Shown: positions 45,201 through 53,521, numbered from the stretch's first letter. The stretch: 64,000 nt of DNA from Gemmatimonadales bacterium (GCA_039794085.1 JBDIWC010000016.1:12375-76374); one strand, 5' to 3'. The notes: generated from the letters alone by a model not told the origin. Program-made: numbers and translations.

Positions 45201-45307
45201 TCAAGGATCCGTCGTCGCAGGGTCTGTTCCTGAACTTTGATGGGACGGTGCGAAGCGGCCTGGGAGAGCCGCGGCAGGCCCAGCTCGGCCTGCGATACAT
45301 CTTTTAA
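42269..45307 (+). CDS. Oar-like TonB-dependent outer-membrane receptor with an N-terminal carboxypeptidase-regulatory-like domain
   Basis: Signal peptide; GVIRGIVSDSAGNPLPGAQV; LPNNGRNF, VDGADFN, AEFGRSGGGFVNVITKSGTNEFRG, FLQDSWK, QPRFGIAWD; ends PRQAQLGLRYIF; AGGAG RBS. Confidence 0.92.
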   Translation: MSTPSQWQPVRAGFWCCLFLLGSVVPTRLMAQSQATTGVIRGIVSDSAGNPLPGAQVVLRNLETNAERTVTTNSRGIFVGSLLRVGGYTATARLVGYQAARREGLTLRLGEVLQVDFRLVPVTVQLADLTVAVSEPVVDPTRVASATRLEPQVVAGLPNNGRNFLNLTLLTPNVGIVQGPDGDELTIGGQRGIHNNVSVDGADFNNPFFGEQRGGQRPAFTFNLDAIQEIVVVSQGANAEFGRSGGGFVNVITKSGTNEFRGTAHYFGKYDGLSKDFRTENPNFRGFEPDFTQHQFGLTFGGPIVRDRAFFFVAYDQQEFNSTKQQDRLSLIDPALRAFTDTAFGGALQGDFGAIKRTNDANALMAKVDVRLDDRNNASLKYNYTNSRQENGTFDVDLWGRSANGLERDFSHAINGSLNSVLSSSVFNEFRFQWAREERPRPYDGPVNPRTGRPFPDTDISFTGFRIGMPFFLPVEAHDTRFQVLNNISVVEGNHLFKFGAEWNRTNVKQTFVGFGNGRMAFSSVDGFLNFVRLGNGYVECSNGSSSTTGSCPAGTEITGPVVLYLQQAGVGGLTVEQSGTQSITQNELALFLQDSWKPHPNVTIDYGVRWEAQIQPDPITPAEDVFFAPFLGQTVTNQQGTFAFPSDGGIPSDYSMFQPRFGIAWDVNGDSRQVLRASAGLYYARTPGLNLASTRSTNGSIGQTIFRNSALTGILGAPPNYGELLPTPTGAPFQPGVFVFDKDFENPRTFSATVAYEREVGGGVAASLSYTHARTDNLTRFIDRNDPVFGSPWATGLPGGNGVGVLTVVESSARSRYNGFTAGLKQMLHRDFQFQVNYTVSFDKSDDDNERDPFSFRYARADNLGPEFNWSDRDQRHRLNAWLLARIPGDIFLNNRMSFSSAQPTSEKCVNNRPSGERAVGPQDRICTDGTILKRNTLRKDNATFAWDIRISRPFRSAGGTIEAVFEVFNITNADNFKDPSSQGLFLNFDGTVRSGLGEPRQAQLGLRYIF

Positions 45308-45355
45308 CCCTCACCCCCTGGCCCCTCTCCCACGGAGTGGGAGAGGGACAGGGGT
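45308..45355. repeat. REP-like palindrome immediately after the receptor stop codon
   Basis: CCCTCTCCCAC-GGA-GTGGGAGAGGG core (45323-45347), extended by CCCCTG/CAGGGG and preceded by CCCTCACCCC. Confidence 0.8.
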
Positions 45356-45416
45356 AGGACGTAGGACATAGGACATAGGACGTAGGACATAGGACGTAGG
45401 ACATAGGACGTAGGGC
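45354..45416 (+). repeat. Tandem heptamer array, 9x RTAGGAC
   Basis: GTAGGAC GTAGGAC ATAGGAC ATAGGAC GTAGGAC ATAGGAC GTAGGAC ATAGGAC GTAGGGC. Confidence 0.95.
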
Positions 45417-45430
45417 ATTGTGGGCCTCGA

Positions 45431-45514
45431 CCGCCTACCGCCCATCGCCTACCGCCTCTCGTTGCTGGGGCACGGGCGACGCATGCGTCGCCCCTACTCC
45501 CCACTCCCTACTCC
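45431..45514 (-). repeat. GTAG-type REP flanked by two further heptamer arrays, overlapping the trmL 3' end
   Basis: Minus strand GTAG-GGGCGACGCATGCGTCGCCC (45474-45497, perfect 20-bp palindrome); CCGCCTA-type x4 (45431-45458); CTACTCC-type x3 (45494-45514). Confidence 0.85.
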
Positions 45515-45962
45515 CTCCCGTTTGCCGGAGCGCCTCGTAGAGCACGATCCCCGCGGCGGTGGCCAGGTTGAGACTCCGAACCGGCCCTGACATGGGAATC
45601 CGGAAACACCGTTCCGGATGCTTCTCCAGGATCCGCTCCGGCATCCCGTCGGTCTCATTCCCGAAGACGAGGCAGCTGGCCGGCGTGAAGCGAGCATCCC
45701 AGAGAGGGACAGTGGCCCGCGCGGAAAAGTACAGGCAGCGCTCCCGGGAGATCGCCTCGCGGAACTCGCGCCAGTGCGCATGGGGCCAGAGGTCGACCGC
45801 ATCCCAGTAATCGAGCCCGGCCCGCAGAACGTCCGCCGAGTCGAGCGAAAAACCGAGCGGACCGATCAGGTGGAGGCCGGTTCCTGTGGCAGCGCACAGG
45901 CGCGCGATGTTTCCGGTATTCGGCGGGATCTGCGGCTCGATGAGGGCGATATTCAGGGCCAT
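45435..45962 (-). CDS. trmL: tRNA (cytidine/uridine-34-2'-O)-methyltransferase
   Basis: IEPQIPPNTGNIARLCA, RAGLDYW, VFGNETDG, RIPM, RSLNLA. Confidence 0.95.
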   Translation of the reverse strand: MALNIALIEPQIPPNTGNIARLCAATGTGLHLIGPLGFSLDSADVLRAGLDYWDAVDLWPHAHWREFREAISRERCLYFSARATVPLWDARFTPASCLVFGNETDGMPERILEKHPERCFRIPMSGPVRSLNLATAAGIVLYEALRQTGGSREWGVGATHASPVPQQREAVGDGR

Positions 45963-45968
45963 GAACCG

Positions 45969-47006
45969 TCACCCACCTCTCGTGTGCATTTCCAGGCGGG
46001 GATCCCTCCGCAACCCCTGCACCGGGTAGAGCACCGAACGCGACACATCACGCAGGCGGTCCTCCGCTCCCCGGTCGGTCCGCCGCGCCCATCCCTCCTG
46101 GACCAATGCCAACAGATCGGACTCGGAGGCGCCTGCCCGGAGCGGCCCCCGGAGGTCGATCCCCTCCCGAGCGTAGAGGCAGAGGTACCAGGTGCCGTCC
46201 GCAGTCAACCGGGCCCGATCGCAGGTGGCACAAAACGGCTGCGTCGTCGAGGCGACGATGCCGAACATGGTTCCGTCTCCCGCGCGGAAGCGTTCTGCCG
46301 GCGCCCGCGACCCCGGTTCGGAGACCGGCACCACCGGCCCCAGCGCGTCGCCGATCCGGTGCAGAATCTCCGCGCGGGACACCACCAGTGCCGGATCCCA
46401 TCGGGTGGCCCCCCCGACATCCATGTATTCGATGAATCGTAGTTCGGCTCCCTCAGCCTTCGCAAATCGCAGGAGTGGGACCAGCTCATCATCATTGAAT
46501 CCCTTGAGCGCCACCGTGTTCAGCTTGACCGGAAGCCCGACCCCCCGGGCGGACCGGATTCCCGCAATGATGTCCGCATGGTGGTCGGTCCCTGCGTGGG
46601 CACGCATCCGGTCGGGTCGGAGGGTGTCGAGGGAGACGGTCACCCTCCCGAGCCCCGCGGAACGAAGCGAGGCGGCGCGCGCCGCGAGGAGCAGGCCGTT
46701 TGTGGTGAGGGAGAGGTCATCGACCCGGGGGGCAAGCCGCCCGACGAGGTCCGCCAGGTCTCGGCGCAGCAGAGGTTCCCCTCCGGTGAGCCGGATCCGA
46801 CGGACTCCACTCTGGCGGAACAGACCCGCCAGGCGATCGATCTCCTCGAAGGTCAGCAGCGACGACCGGGGAAGCCACGTGTATTCGGCTTCGGGCATGC
46901 AATACTGGCAGCGCAGGTTGCATCGGTCGGTCACGGAAATCCGCAGACTGCCGAGAGGGCGTCCGAGACGATCGGACACGGTCGTGCCTCCGTCGATCCC
47001 CGTCAT
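45969..47006 (-). CDS. moaA: GTP 3',8-cyclase
   Basis: LRISVTDRCNLRCQYCMP, LTGGEPLLR, FCATCDRARLTADG...C, C-terminal GG. Confidence 0.96.
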   Translation of the reverse strand: MTGIDGGTTVSDRLGRPLGSLRISVTDRCNLRCQYCMPEAEYTWLPRSSLLTFEEIDRLAGLFRQSGVRRIRLTGGEPLLRRDLADLVGRLAPRVDDLSLTTNGLLLAARAASLRSAGLGRVTVSLDTLRPDRMRAHAGTDHHADIIAGIRSARGVGLPVKLNTVALKGFNDDELVPLLRFAKAEGAELRFIEYMDVGGATRWDPALVVSRAEILHRIGDALGPVVPVSEPGSRAPAERFRAGDGTMFGIVASTTQPFCATCDRARLTADGTWYLCLYAREGIDLRGPLRAGASESDLLALVQEGWARRTDRGAEDRLRDVSRSVLYPVQGLRRDPRLEMHTRGG

Positions 47007-47449
47007 CCCGATTCGCCCGGCAGGGTCGGCACAGTCGGGTCCACCCAGACCTCTCGACCATCGGCGTACCGCTCTCGCTTCCAGATCGGAACCCGGGCCT
47101 TCACCTCGTCGATAACGTGACGGCACGCCAGGAAGGACTCCTCTCGATGGGCCCCCGCCGCCACCACGAGAACCGACGATTCCCCCACAGTCAACCGGCC
47201 GATTCGATGCCGCACCTCCACCCGCACCCGCCACCGGCGCTGGGCCTCATGAATGATGTCCTCCAGGGTGACCTCCGCCATCGGGAGATAGGCGGTGTAC
47301 TCAAGGGAGGTCACGGAATGTCCCTGGTGACTATCGCGCACCACTCCCTCGAACAGGACCACGGCGCCATGCCCGGAATCCGTCACCAGCGCCCGCAGCT
47401 CGCCCGCATCGAGGGAAGTCTCCACAACCCGCCGGGGCGCGGCACTCAT
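47003..47449 (-). CDS. moaE: Molybdopterin synthase catalytic subunit
   Basis: GAVVLFEGVVR, HRIGRL, HREESF, VPIWKRE. Confidence 0.95.
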   Translation of the reverse strand: MSAAPRRVVETSLDAGELRALVTDSGHGAVVLFEGVVRDSHQGHSVTSLEYTAYLPMAEVTLEDIIHEAQRRWRVRVEVRHRIGRLTVGESSVLVVAAGAHREESFLACRHVIDEVKARVPIWKRERYADGREVWVDPTVPTLPGESG

Positions 47450-47709
47450 CCGCCCGCCACGGGAGGAAGGATCGCCAGCTCATCGCCGCTCCGGACCTCG
47501 CTGAGCAGGTCGGTCTGACTCCGGTTCAGGGCCACCAGAGGCCGGGGTGGGAGCGCGTGCGGCCGGGAGAGCCGAGCCCTGACCAGGTCCAGGACTCCCC
47601 CGACGGTCGACCCGGAGGGAACCTCCAGGGTCAACGAATCGGTGCCGGCCTCTTCGGCGTACCGGGCAAAGAGGAGGACCTGAACGGTCAATGGCTCGCG
47701 GACAGACAT
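47446..47709 (-). CDS. moaD: Molybdopterin synthase sulfur carrier subunit
   Basis: VLLFA...GDELAILPPVAGG C-terminus. Confidence 0.93.
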   Translation of the reverse strand: MSVREPLTVQVLLFARYAEEAGTDSLTLEVPSGSTVGGVLDLVRARLSRPHALPPRPLVALNRSQTDLLSEVRSGDELAILPPVAGG

Positions 47710-47740
47710 GGGAGGAGTATCGCCGAGTGATGGGATTGGA

Positions 47741-47766
47741 ACAAGGAAGCCCCCGGGACCGGGGGC
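47741..47766 (-). terminator. Probable intrinsic terminator after the HU/IHF gene
   Basis: Minus strand GCCCCCGG-TC-CCGGGGGC followed by TTCCTTGT. Confidence 0.55.
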
Positions 47767-47793
47767 CTCTGGGACTGTGGGAGGGGTGGGATG

Positions 47794-48138
47794 TCAGTTG
47801 TGAAGTGGCGGCATCGCACCCGCTGTGCCTTCGGGATGATTCCTTTCCTCGGCCACTTTGGCGCGCAACTCCTTGCTCGGCTTGAACACGGGAACCGGGC
47901 GGGCGGCCACTTCGACCGGATCACCGGTGCGTGGGTTCCGAGCCATCCGGGTCTTCCGGCTTCGAATCTTGAAGGTGCCGAAGCCACGGATCTCGATGTT
48001 CTGCTGGTCGGCGAGGGCGTCCTTCACCGTATCGAGAAAGGTATCGACTACCCGGGCACAATCCTTCTTGGATATGAGAGGCCCCGCCGTTCGCGCCATG
48101 GCAGCGGTCACCAGTTCCACCAGATCAGCCTTGGTCAT
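47794..48138 (-). CDS. HU/IHF family DNA-binding protein (IHF-beta-like)
   Basis: MTKADLV, IEIRGFGTF, ARNPRTG, PVFKPSKELR. Confidence 0.94.
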   Translation of the reverse strand: MTKADLVELVTAAMARTAGPLISKKDCARVVDTFLDTVKDALADQQNIEIRGFGTFKIRSRKTRMARNPRTGDPVEVAARPVPVFKPSKELRAKVAEERNHPEGTAGAMPPLHN

Positions 48139-48193
48139 GCGTCCCCCGTCCGGGTCACCTGGAGCGGCTGCCCTGCGCAACCGCATAGAGGCG

Positions 48194-48222
48194 ATACTAG
48201 GAGCTTACCTGTTGTCTGTCAA
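48194..48222 (-). promoter_or_regulatory. Near-consensus sigma70 promoter of the HU/IHF gene
   Basis: TTGACA-N17-TAGTAT. Confidence 0.7.
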
Positions 48223-48237
48223 GAGCTTGCGACCCCG

Positions 48238-49377
48238 TCACACAGGAATCGGCCTCAGGAGGCTCATGAAGTCCCCGAAATGAGGCCATGCATCATGCGG
48301 GCCAGGACTTGCTTCGGGATGGTATTGCACCCCGAACATCGGAAGTTGCTTGTGGCGAATACCTTCCACGGTTCCGTCATTCAGGTTGATGTGGGTGACG
48401 GCCAGTTCGGGGGCCCCGGGGACCCCATGTTCATCACCGGCCACGGCGAATCCATGGTTCTGGGCGGTGATCAGCACGCGCCCCGTCGCGAGGTCCCGCA
48501 CGGGGTGGTTCCCTCCCCTGTGCCCATAGGGGAGTTTGGTGGTGTGCCCTCCGAACGCGAGTCCGAGCAGTTGATGGCCCAGACAGATCCCGAAAGTGGG
48601 AATGCCCCTTTCCACGAGGGCCCTGATGGTGTCGGCTGCCCACGGGATGGCGGCTGGGTCTCCAGGGCCGTTCGAGAGGAAGATCCCGTCGGGGGAGAGC
48701 GCCTCCACTTCGGCCACGGTGGTTCGGGCCGGGACGACCGTCACCTGGCATCCCGCCCCGACCAGCATTCGCACGATGTTGCGCTTCATCCCAAAGTCGA
48801 AGGCCACCACGTGCGGGCCCTCCGATCCCTCGTGATATGCGGTGGCGACTCCCGCAGTGGAGGCGAGATCCCGTCCGCTCATGGAGGGCGAGGCCTGAAG
48901 CCTGCTGTGGTCCTCCTCGCGGGGCGATTCGCCCGGGGCCACGAGGCCGCGCATCGCTCCCTGTTCTCGGAGGTGGCGCGTCAGGGCACGCGTGTCCACC
49001 CCTTCCAGGAGGGGAACCTGGTGCCGGGTGAGCCATTCGCCGAGGGTACCCTCTGAGCGCCAGTTCGAGGGCGAGGGTGACAGCTCCCGAACCACCACTC
49101 CGGCAACCTGGGGCGTGGTGGCCTCGCAGTCGTCCGATGTCACCCCGTAGTTACCGATCATCGGGGCCGTCATGACCACGATCTGGCCGAGATAGGAGGG
49201 ATCGGTGAAGGTTTCCTGATAGCCGGTCAGGTTTGTGGTGAAGACGACCTCGCCAAATGCCCGGGTGAGAGTTCCGCAGTACTCTCCCCGGAACCAACGC
49301 CCATCCTCCAGGAGGACGAACCCCGGCCGTGGCTCCGGCCGAGGTGCAGAGTCCGGGAAACTACTGACCGTTGCCAC
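48238..49377 (-). CDS. carA: Carbamoyl-phosphate synthase small subunit
   Basis: LLEDG, GEVVFTT...[38 protein letters not shown]. Confidence 0.96.
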   Translation of the reverse strand: MATVSSFPDSAPRPEPRPGFVLLEDGRWFRGEYCGTLTRAFGEVVFTTNLTGYQETFTDPSYLGQIVVMTAPMIGNYGVTSDDCEATTPQVAGVVVRELSPSPSNWRSEGTLGEWLTRHQVPLLEGVDTRALTRHLREQGAMRGLVAPGESPREEDHSRLQASPSMSGRDLASTAGVATAYHEGSEGPHVVAFDFGMKRNIVRMLVGAGCQVTVVPARTTVAEVEALSPDGIFLSNGPGDPAAIPWAADTIRALVERGIPTFGICLGHQLLGLAFGGHTTKLPYGHRGGNHPVRDLATGRVLITAQNHGFAVAGDEHGVPGAPELAVTHINLNDGTVEGIRHKQLPMFGVQYHPEASPGPHDAWPHFGDFMSLLRPIPV

Positions 49378-49720
49378 CGGGGGCGGGCGGTGGGGTCACC
49401 GGGGCAACGGGGGAGATCGGGGCGGGCTGGAGGGGAGCGGGCGCCGTGGGCTGCCCCTGCTGTAGCTGCTGCTGAACCGCGCTTGTTCCCCCCGCGGTTC
49501 CCGACATGAGCGAGAGAAGGAGTGAAATGACCAGGAGCGCGCCTCCCGTGATCCAGGAGGCCTTGGTCAGAACGGTCGTGGCTTGGCGTCCCCCCAGAAC
49601 GCTTTCCGTGGTCCCGCCTCCGAGGGAAGCGAGACCGCCACCCTGCCCCGCCTGCAACAGCACGACGGTGGTCAACAGGAGGGCATCGAGAATGAGCAGA
49701 ATGAGGAGAAAGTAGAACAT
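49361..49720 (-). CDS. secG: Preprotein translocase subunit SecG
   Basis: Two TM helices, [22 protein letters not shown]; downstream of tpiA. Confidence 0.92.
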   Translation of the reverse strand: MFYFLLILLILDALLLTTVVLLQAGQGGGLASLGGGTTESVLGGRQATTVLTKASWITGGALLVISLLLSLMSGTAGGTSAVQQQLQQGQPTAPAPLQPAPISPVAPVTPPPAPGGNGQ

Positions 49721-49754
49721 GGGCGACCTTGTAGATGTTCCGGACCAGTCCTGA

Positions 49755-49784
49755 AAGATATCAGGGGAAGTGTCGGCGGGTCAA
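49755..49784 (-). promoter_or_regulatory. Sigma70-like promoter of secG
   Basis: TTGACC-N18-TATCTT with a TG extension; the -35 overlaps the tpiA stop. Confidence 0.5.
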
Positions 49785-50533
49785 CCGGTTCCGGTCGATG
49801 CCCCCGAGCGGACCACCTCCGCCCAGGTGGCCGGCTCGAGGCTCGCCCCCCCGACGAGCACACCGTCCACCTCCTGCTGGGCCAGAAGCGCCCCGGCATT
49901 CCCCGGATTGACGCTCCCCCCGTAGAGGACGCGAGGCGCGGAGGCCCCGAATCCATCCAGCGTGGCCCGGATCAGGGCGTGGACCCGTGCGGCATCCTCG
50001 GGAGTGGCATTCCGTCCGGTTCCAATGGCCCAGACTGGCTCATACGCGACCACCACCCGGGAGACCTCCTCGGGGCCGAGTCCCTCCAGGGCAGCTTCGA
50101 GCTGGCGCAGAACAACCGCCATCGTGTCGCCGCGCTCGCGCTCGGCCAGGGTCTCCCCCACACAGAGCACGGGGGTGAGTTGACCGGACAGCACCGCCGC
50201 AACCTTCCGGCGCGTGTCGTCCTCGGTCTCCCCAAACAGCTGCCGTCGTTCGCTGTGTCCCACCAGGGCGAGGGTGGCTCCCGCGCCGGCGGCCAGGGAA
50301 ACCGAGAGAGCGCCGGTGAACGCGCCGGCAGGTTCCCAGTGGACATCCTGGACACCGCAGCGAATGTCCGGGCGACTCCGAAACGCGGTCACCGCCACGC
50401 CGAGGGTGACCGCGGGCGGGAAGAACCAGATCTGGCGATGGGATTCCAGGGGAACGGCCGAGAGGAAGACCTTGGCAAATCGCCTTGCCTCCGCCGGGGT
50501 CATGTTCATCTTCCAGTTGGCGGCGAAGATCAC
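49781..50533 (-). CDS. tpiA: Triosephosphate isomerase
   Basis: ANWKMN, GHSERR, AYEPVWAIGTG, LYGGSV, LVGGASL. Confidence 0.98.
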   Translation of the reverse strand: MIFAANWKMNMTPAEARRFAKVFLSAVPLESHRQIWFFPPAVTLGVAVTAFRSRPDIRCGVQDVHWEPAGAFTGALSVSLAAGAGATLALVGHSERRQLFGETEDDTRRKVAAVLSGQLTPVLCVGETLAERERGDTMAVVLRQLEAALEGLGPEEVSRVVVAYEPVWAIGTGRNATPEDAARVHALIRATLDGFGASAPRVLYGGSVNPGNAGALLAQQEVDGVLVGGASLEPATWAEVVRSGASTGTG

Positions 50534-51726
50534 GGGGTGACCTCGTCGAGCGCGGCGACGCCCGGGAGGGGTCTCCCCTCCAGGAATTCGAGCGACGCTC
50601 CACCTCCGGTGGAAACGTGCGTCATGCGGTCACTCAATCCCGCCTCCGCCACGGCCGCCGCGGAGTCTCCCCCCCCTACGATCGTGATACACCCCCGATC
50701 GGTGGCTTCCGCCATCGCCTGGGCGATCGTGATCGTTCCGACATGGAATGGGGGAACCTCGAAGACGCCCATCGGTCCGTTCCAGAGCACGGTCCCGGCC
50801 TTCCTGATCCAGTCGACGAACGCGGTGGTGGTGTGAGGGTCGATATCGTACATGGCGAACCCCACGGGAATGCGATCTCGGGGCACCGACTGGGTCGTGA
50901 TCCCCTCGATGAGTTCGGGGGCCACGAGGGCGCCTCCGGGGAGCACCAGCTTGGTACCCGCCCGGGAAAGAAGGTCCTGTGCCATTTCGAGGCGGTCGTC
51001 CTCCACGAGACTCAATCCGGTTTCGAATCCCATGGCGCGGAAGAAGGTGCACGCCATGGCCCCTCCAACCAGGAGGGCATCGACCTTGGGAAGCAGGGCA
51101 TCCACCAGGTCGATCTTGCCCGAGATCTTGGCGCCGCCGAGAATGGCCACGAAGGGACGGGCGGGGTTCTGGAGGGCCTCTCCGAGATAGTGCAGCTCCC
51201 GCTCCAGGAGAAATCCGGCCACGGCCGGCTTGACGAGATGGGCCACCGCCTCGGTGCTGGCATGGGCCCGGTGGGCGGTTCCGAACGCATCGTTGACGAA
51301 CAGATCTCCGTGCTCGGCCAATAGCCGGGCAAACTCGGGGTCGTTCCGCTCCTCTCCCGGGTAGAAACGGAGGTTTTCCAACAGGGCAATTCCCCCCCGG
51401 GGGAGACGGCGCGTTGAGGCCACCGTCTCCGCTCCCAGAGGAGTCTCCAGAAATTCGACGGGAGCGGCCAGGTGCTGCTCCAGGGATCGCCGGACCGGGG
51501 CCAGGGTGAACTCCGGACTCACGGTGCCCTTGGGCCGCCCCAGATGGGAACAGAGCACGATCCGGGCGCCGTGATCCCGGAGCCAGGAGATGGTCGGGAG
51601 AGCGGCCTGGATTCGCGTCGCGTCGGTCACCACGCCCTCGCGGATCGGGCAGTTGAAGTCCACGCGAACCAGGGCCCGCTGTCCCTCCAGGCGGCTGGGG
51701 TCGAGGGAGGCGAGGGTTCGCTTCAT
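50530..51726 (-). CDS. pgk: Phosphoglycerate kinase
   Basis: VRVDFN, SHLGRP, LENLRF, NDAFGTAHRAHAS, WNGPMGVFE, STGGGASLE. Confidence 0.98.
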   Translation of the reverse strand: MKRTLASLDPSRLEGQRALVRVDFNCPIREGVVTDATRIQAALPTISWLRDHGARIVLCSHLGRPKGTVSPEFTLAPVRRSLEQHLAAPVEFLETPLGAETVASTRRLPRGGIALLENLRFYPGEERNDPEFARLLAEHGDLFVNDAFGTAHRAHASTEAVAHLVKPAVAGFLLERELHYLGEALQNPARPFVAILGGAKISGKIDLVDALLPKVDALLVGGAMACTFFRAMGFETGLSLVEDDRLEMAQDLLSRAGTKLVLPGGALVAPELIEGITTQSVPRDRIPVGFAMYDIDPHTTTAFVDWIRKAGTVLWNGPMGVFEVPPFHVGTITIAQAMAEATDRGCITIVGGGDSAAAVAEAGLSDRMTHVSTGGGASLEFLEGRPLPGVAALDEVTP

Positions 51727-51727
51727 G

Positions 51728-52741
51728 TCAGCCTCGGCTGGCGATGTACCGCATCAGATCGACGCATCGCGCCGAATACCCCATTTCGTTGTCGTACCAG
51801 CCGGACACATGCACCATGGTGTCGCCGACCACGTTGGTGGAGAGGAGGTCGATCGTGCAGCTGTTCAGGTTGCCGATGTAATCGCAACTGACCAGCGGAA
51901 GATCACTCACCGCCAGCACCGCAGCCAGGGGTCCCGTTTCCGCCGCCGATCGGAAGGCGGCGTTGACCTCATCGATCGAGGCGGGTCGGCGGACCTCGCA
52001 GGTGAGGTCCACGAAGGACACGTCGGCGGTCGGCACGCGAAGGGCCACTCCGTCCAGCTTTCCCTTCACCTCGGGAATGACCAGGGCCGTGGCCTTGGCC
52101 GCACCGGTGGTCGTGGGAATGATGGAAAGCATCGCTGCCCGGGCCCGCCGGAGGTCCTTGTGCGGGAGGTCGAGAATGCTCTGATCGTTGGTGTAGGAGT
52201 GAACCGTGGTCATGAACCCCTTCACGAAGCCGAATTGCTCGTGGACGATCTTGACCATCGGGGCCAGGCAGTTCGTCGTGCAACTCGCGTTGCTGATGAT
52301 CCGGTGACGGGCGGGGTTGTAGTCCTCCTGGTTGACCCCGTAGACCACCGTGACGTCCTCCTGTTTGGCCGGGGCGGAGATGACCACCCGGGAGGCGCCG
52401 GCCTCCAGGTGCTTGGAGGCCCCGAGGCGATCGGTGAAGCGCCCCGTGGATTCGAGTACCAGATTCACCTGGAGGTCGCGCCAGGGCAACGCGGCGGGAT
52501 CGCGCTCCGAGAGCACCTTGATCACCCGCCCGTTCACCACGAGTCCCTCGGACGTCGGTTCCACCGTGCCGTCAAACCGGCCATGGACCGAGTCCCAGGT
52601 CAGTAGATGGGCCAGGGTCCGGGTATCGGTGAGATCGTTCACGGCCACGATCTCCAGATCGTCGATCGCCATCCGACGTGCTGCTCGGAGCACGTTGCGT
52701 CCGATCCGTCCAAACCCGTTGATCGCGATTCTGGTGGTCAT
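51728..52741 (-). CDS. gap: Glyceraldehyde-3-phosphate dehydrogenase, type I
   Basis: INGFGRIGR, SNASCTTNCLAP, WYDNEMGYS. Confidence 0.98.
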   Translation of the reverse strand: MTTRIAINGFGRIGRNVLRAARRMAIDDLEIVAVNDLTDTRTLAHLLTWDSVHGRFDGTVEPTSEGLVVNGRVIKVLSERDPAALPWRDLQVNLVLESTGRFTDRLGASKHLEAGASRVVISAPAKQEDVTVVYGVNQEDYNPARHRIISNASCTTNCLAPMVKIVHEQFGFVKGFMTTVHSYTNDQSILDLPHKDLRRARAAMLSIIPTTTGAAKATALVIPEVKGKLDGVALRVPTADVSFVDLTCEVRRPASIDEVNAAFRSAAETGPLAAVLAVSDLPLVSCDYIGNLNSCTIDLLSTNVVGDTMVHVSGWYDNEMGYSARCVDLMRYIASRG

Positions 52742-52747
52742 GATGTG

Positions 52748-53521
52748 TCAGGTCTCCCGCCATGGAAGGTTCAGGTCACGGTGCGTGTCACCGGCGTCCA
52801 CCCCATCGAGGGGACGGAGCGCACGACCGAAAGTAACGGCGGACACCGCGGAAGCGCCCGCATCCCAGAGAGCGTCAGCGACAGCAAGGAGAGTCGCGCC
52901 CGTGGTAAAGACATCGTCCACCAGCACGCAGTGCAGTCCGGTGGCCCCGTCGGCCTGGAAGGCCCCGGCCAGGTTGGCCCGCCGCTCTTCCGGGGTGAGG
53001 CGGGTCTGGGTGACCGTCTGACGGGTGCGTCGGACCCGCGTCGCATCCACCACCATCCCCCGGAGCCGGCCGATCTCCTCCGCCAGCACTTCGCTCTGAT
53101 TATAACCTCGTGCCCGACGCCGAGCGCGTCCCAGGGGAACCGGAATGAGCACCGCGTTCGATGACGCGAGAGGAGCGAGCGGGAGCATGACGGCGGCCAT
53201 CGCCTCGACGGCGCGGGTCCACCCATGATACTTGAGGGCATGGACCGCGCGCCGGGCCGAGTCGTCGAGCCAGACGGCACTGCGCACCTGGGGGATCGGC
53301 GGGGTCCAGTCGGCGCACAGGCGGCAGGGCAAGCCCGCCTCGTCCGGCTGGCCACACCGCGGGCACTGGGGTTCGGGAAGCCGCCGCCACCGGCTCCGGC
53401 AGAGGTCACAGATGAGGGGATCCCGGGCGGCGTCGGTGGGTGTCCGGCAGAGAAGGCACTCTCCGGGAAATGCCCATCGCTCCACCGCCACCGCCACCCG
53501 GGCCAGATCACCCCAGGACAC
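52748..53521 (-). CDS. comF: ComF family protein (zinc ribbon plus phosphoribosyltransferase-like domain)
   Basis: CxxC pairs at the N-terminus, PVPL, RGYNQSE, LVDDVFTTGATL. Confidence 0.88.
   Translation of the reverse strand: MSWGDLARVAVAVERWAFPGECLLCRTPTDAARDPLICDLCRSRWRRLPEPQCPRCGQPDEAGLPCRLCADWTPPIPQVRSAVWLDDSARRAVHALKYHGWTRAVEAMAAVMLPLAPLASSNAVLIPVPLGRARRRARGYNQSEVLAEEIGRLRGMVVDATRVRRTRQTVTQTRLTPEERRANLAGAFQADGATGLHCVLVDDVFTTGATLLAVADALWDAGASAVSAVTFGRALRPLDGVDAGDTHRDLNLPWRET

Noticed and set aside
45354..45416. Possible CRISPR array in the repeat tracts (also 63571-63652)
   Set aside because: Units are 7 bp and contiguous with no unique spacers, and there are no cas genes in the window.
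48238..49377. carA without carB, mqn cluster without mqnB/mqnD, moa cluster without moaC, and split ispD/ispF as signs of novel pathways
   Set aside because: Dispersed pathway genes are common, and absence cannot be judged from a 64-kb window.
49300..49400. tRNA-Leu often found downstream of secG
   Set aside because: carA overlaps the secG stop directly and no cloverleaf or T-loop motif is visible.
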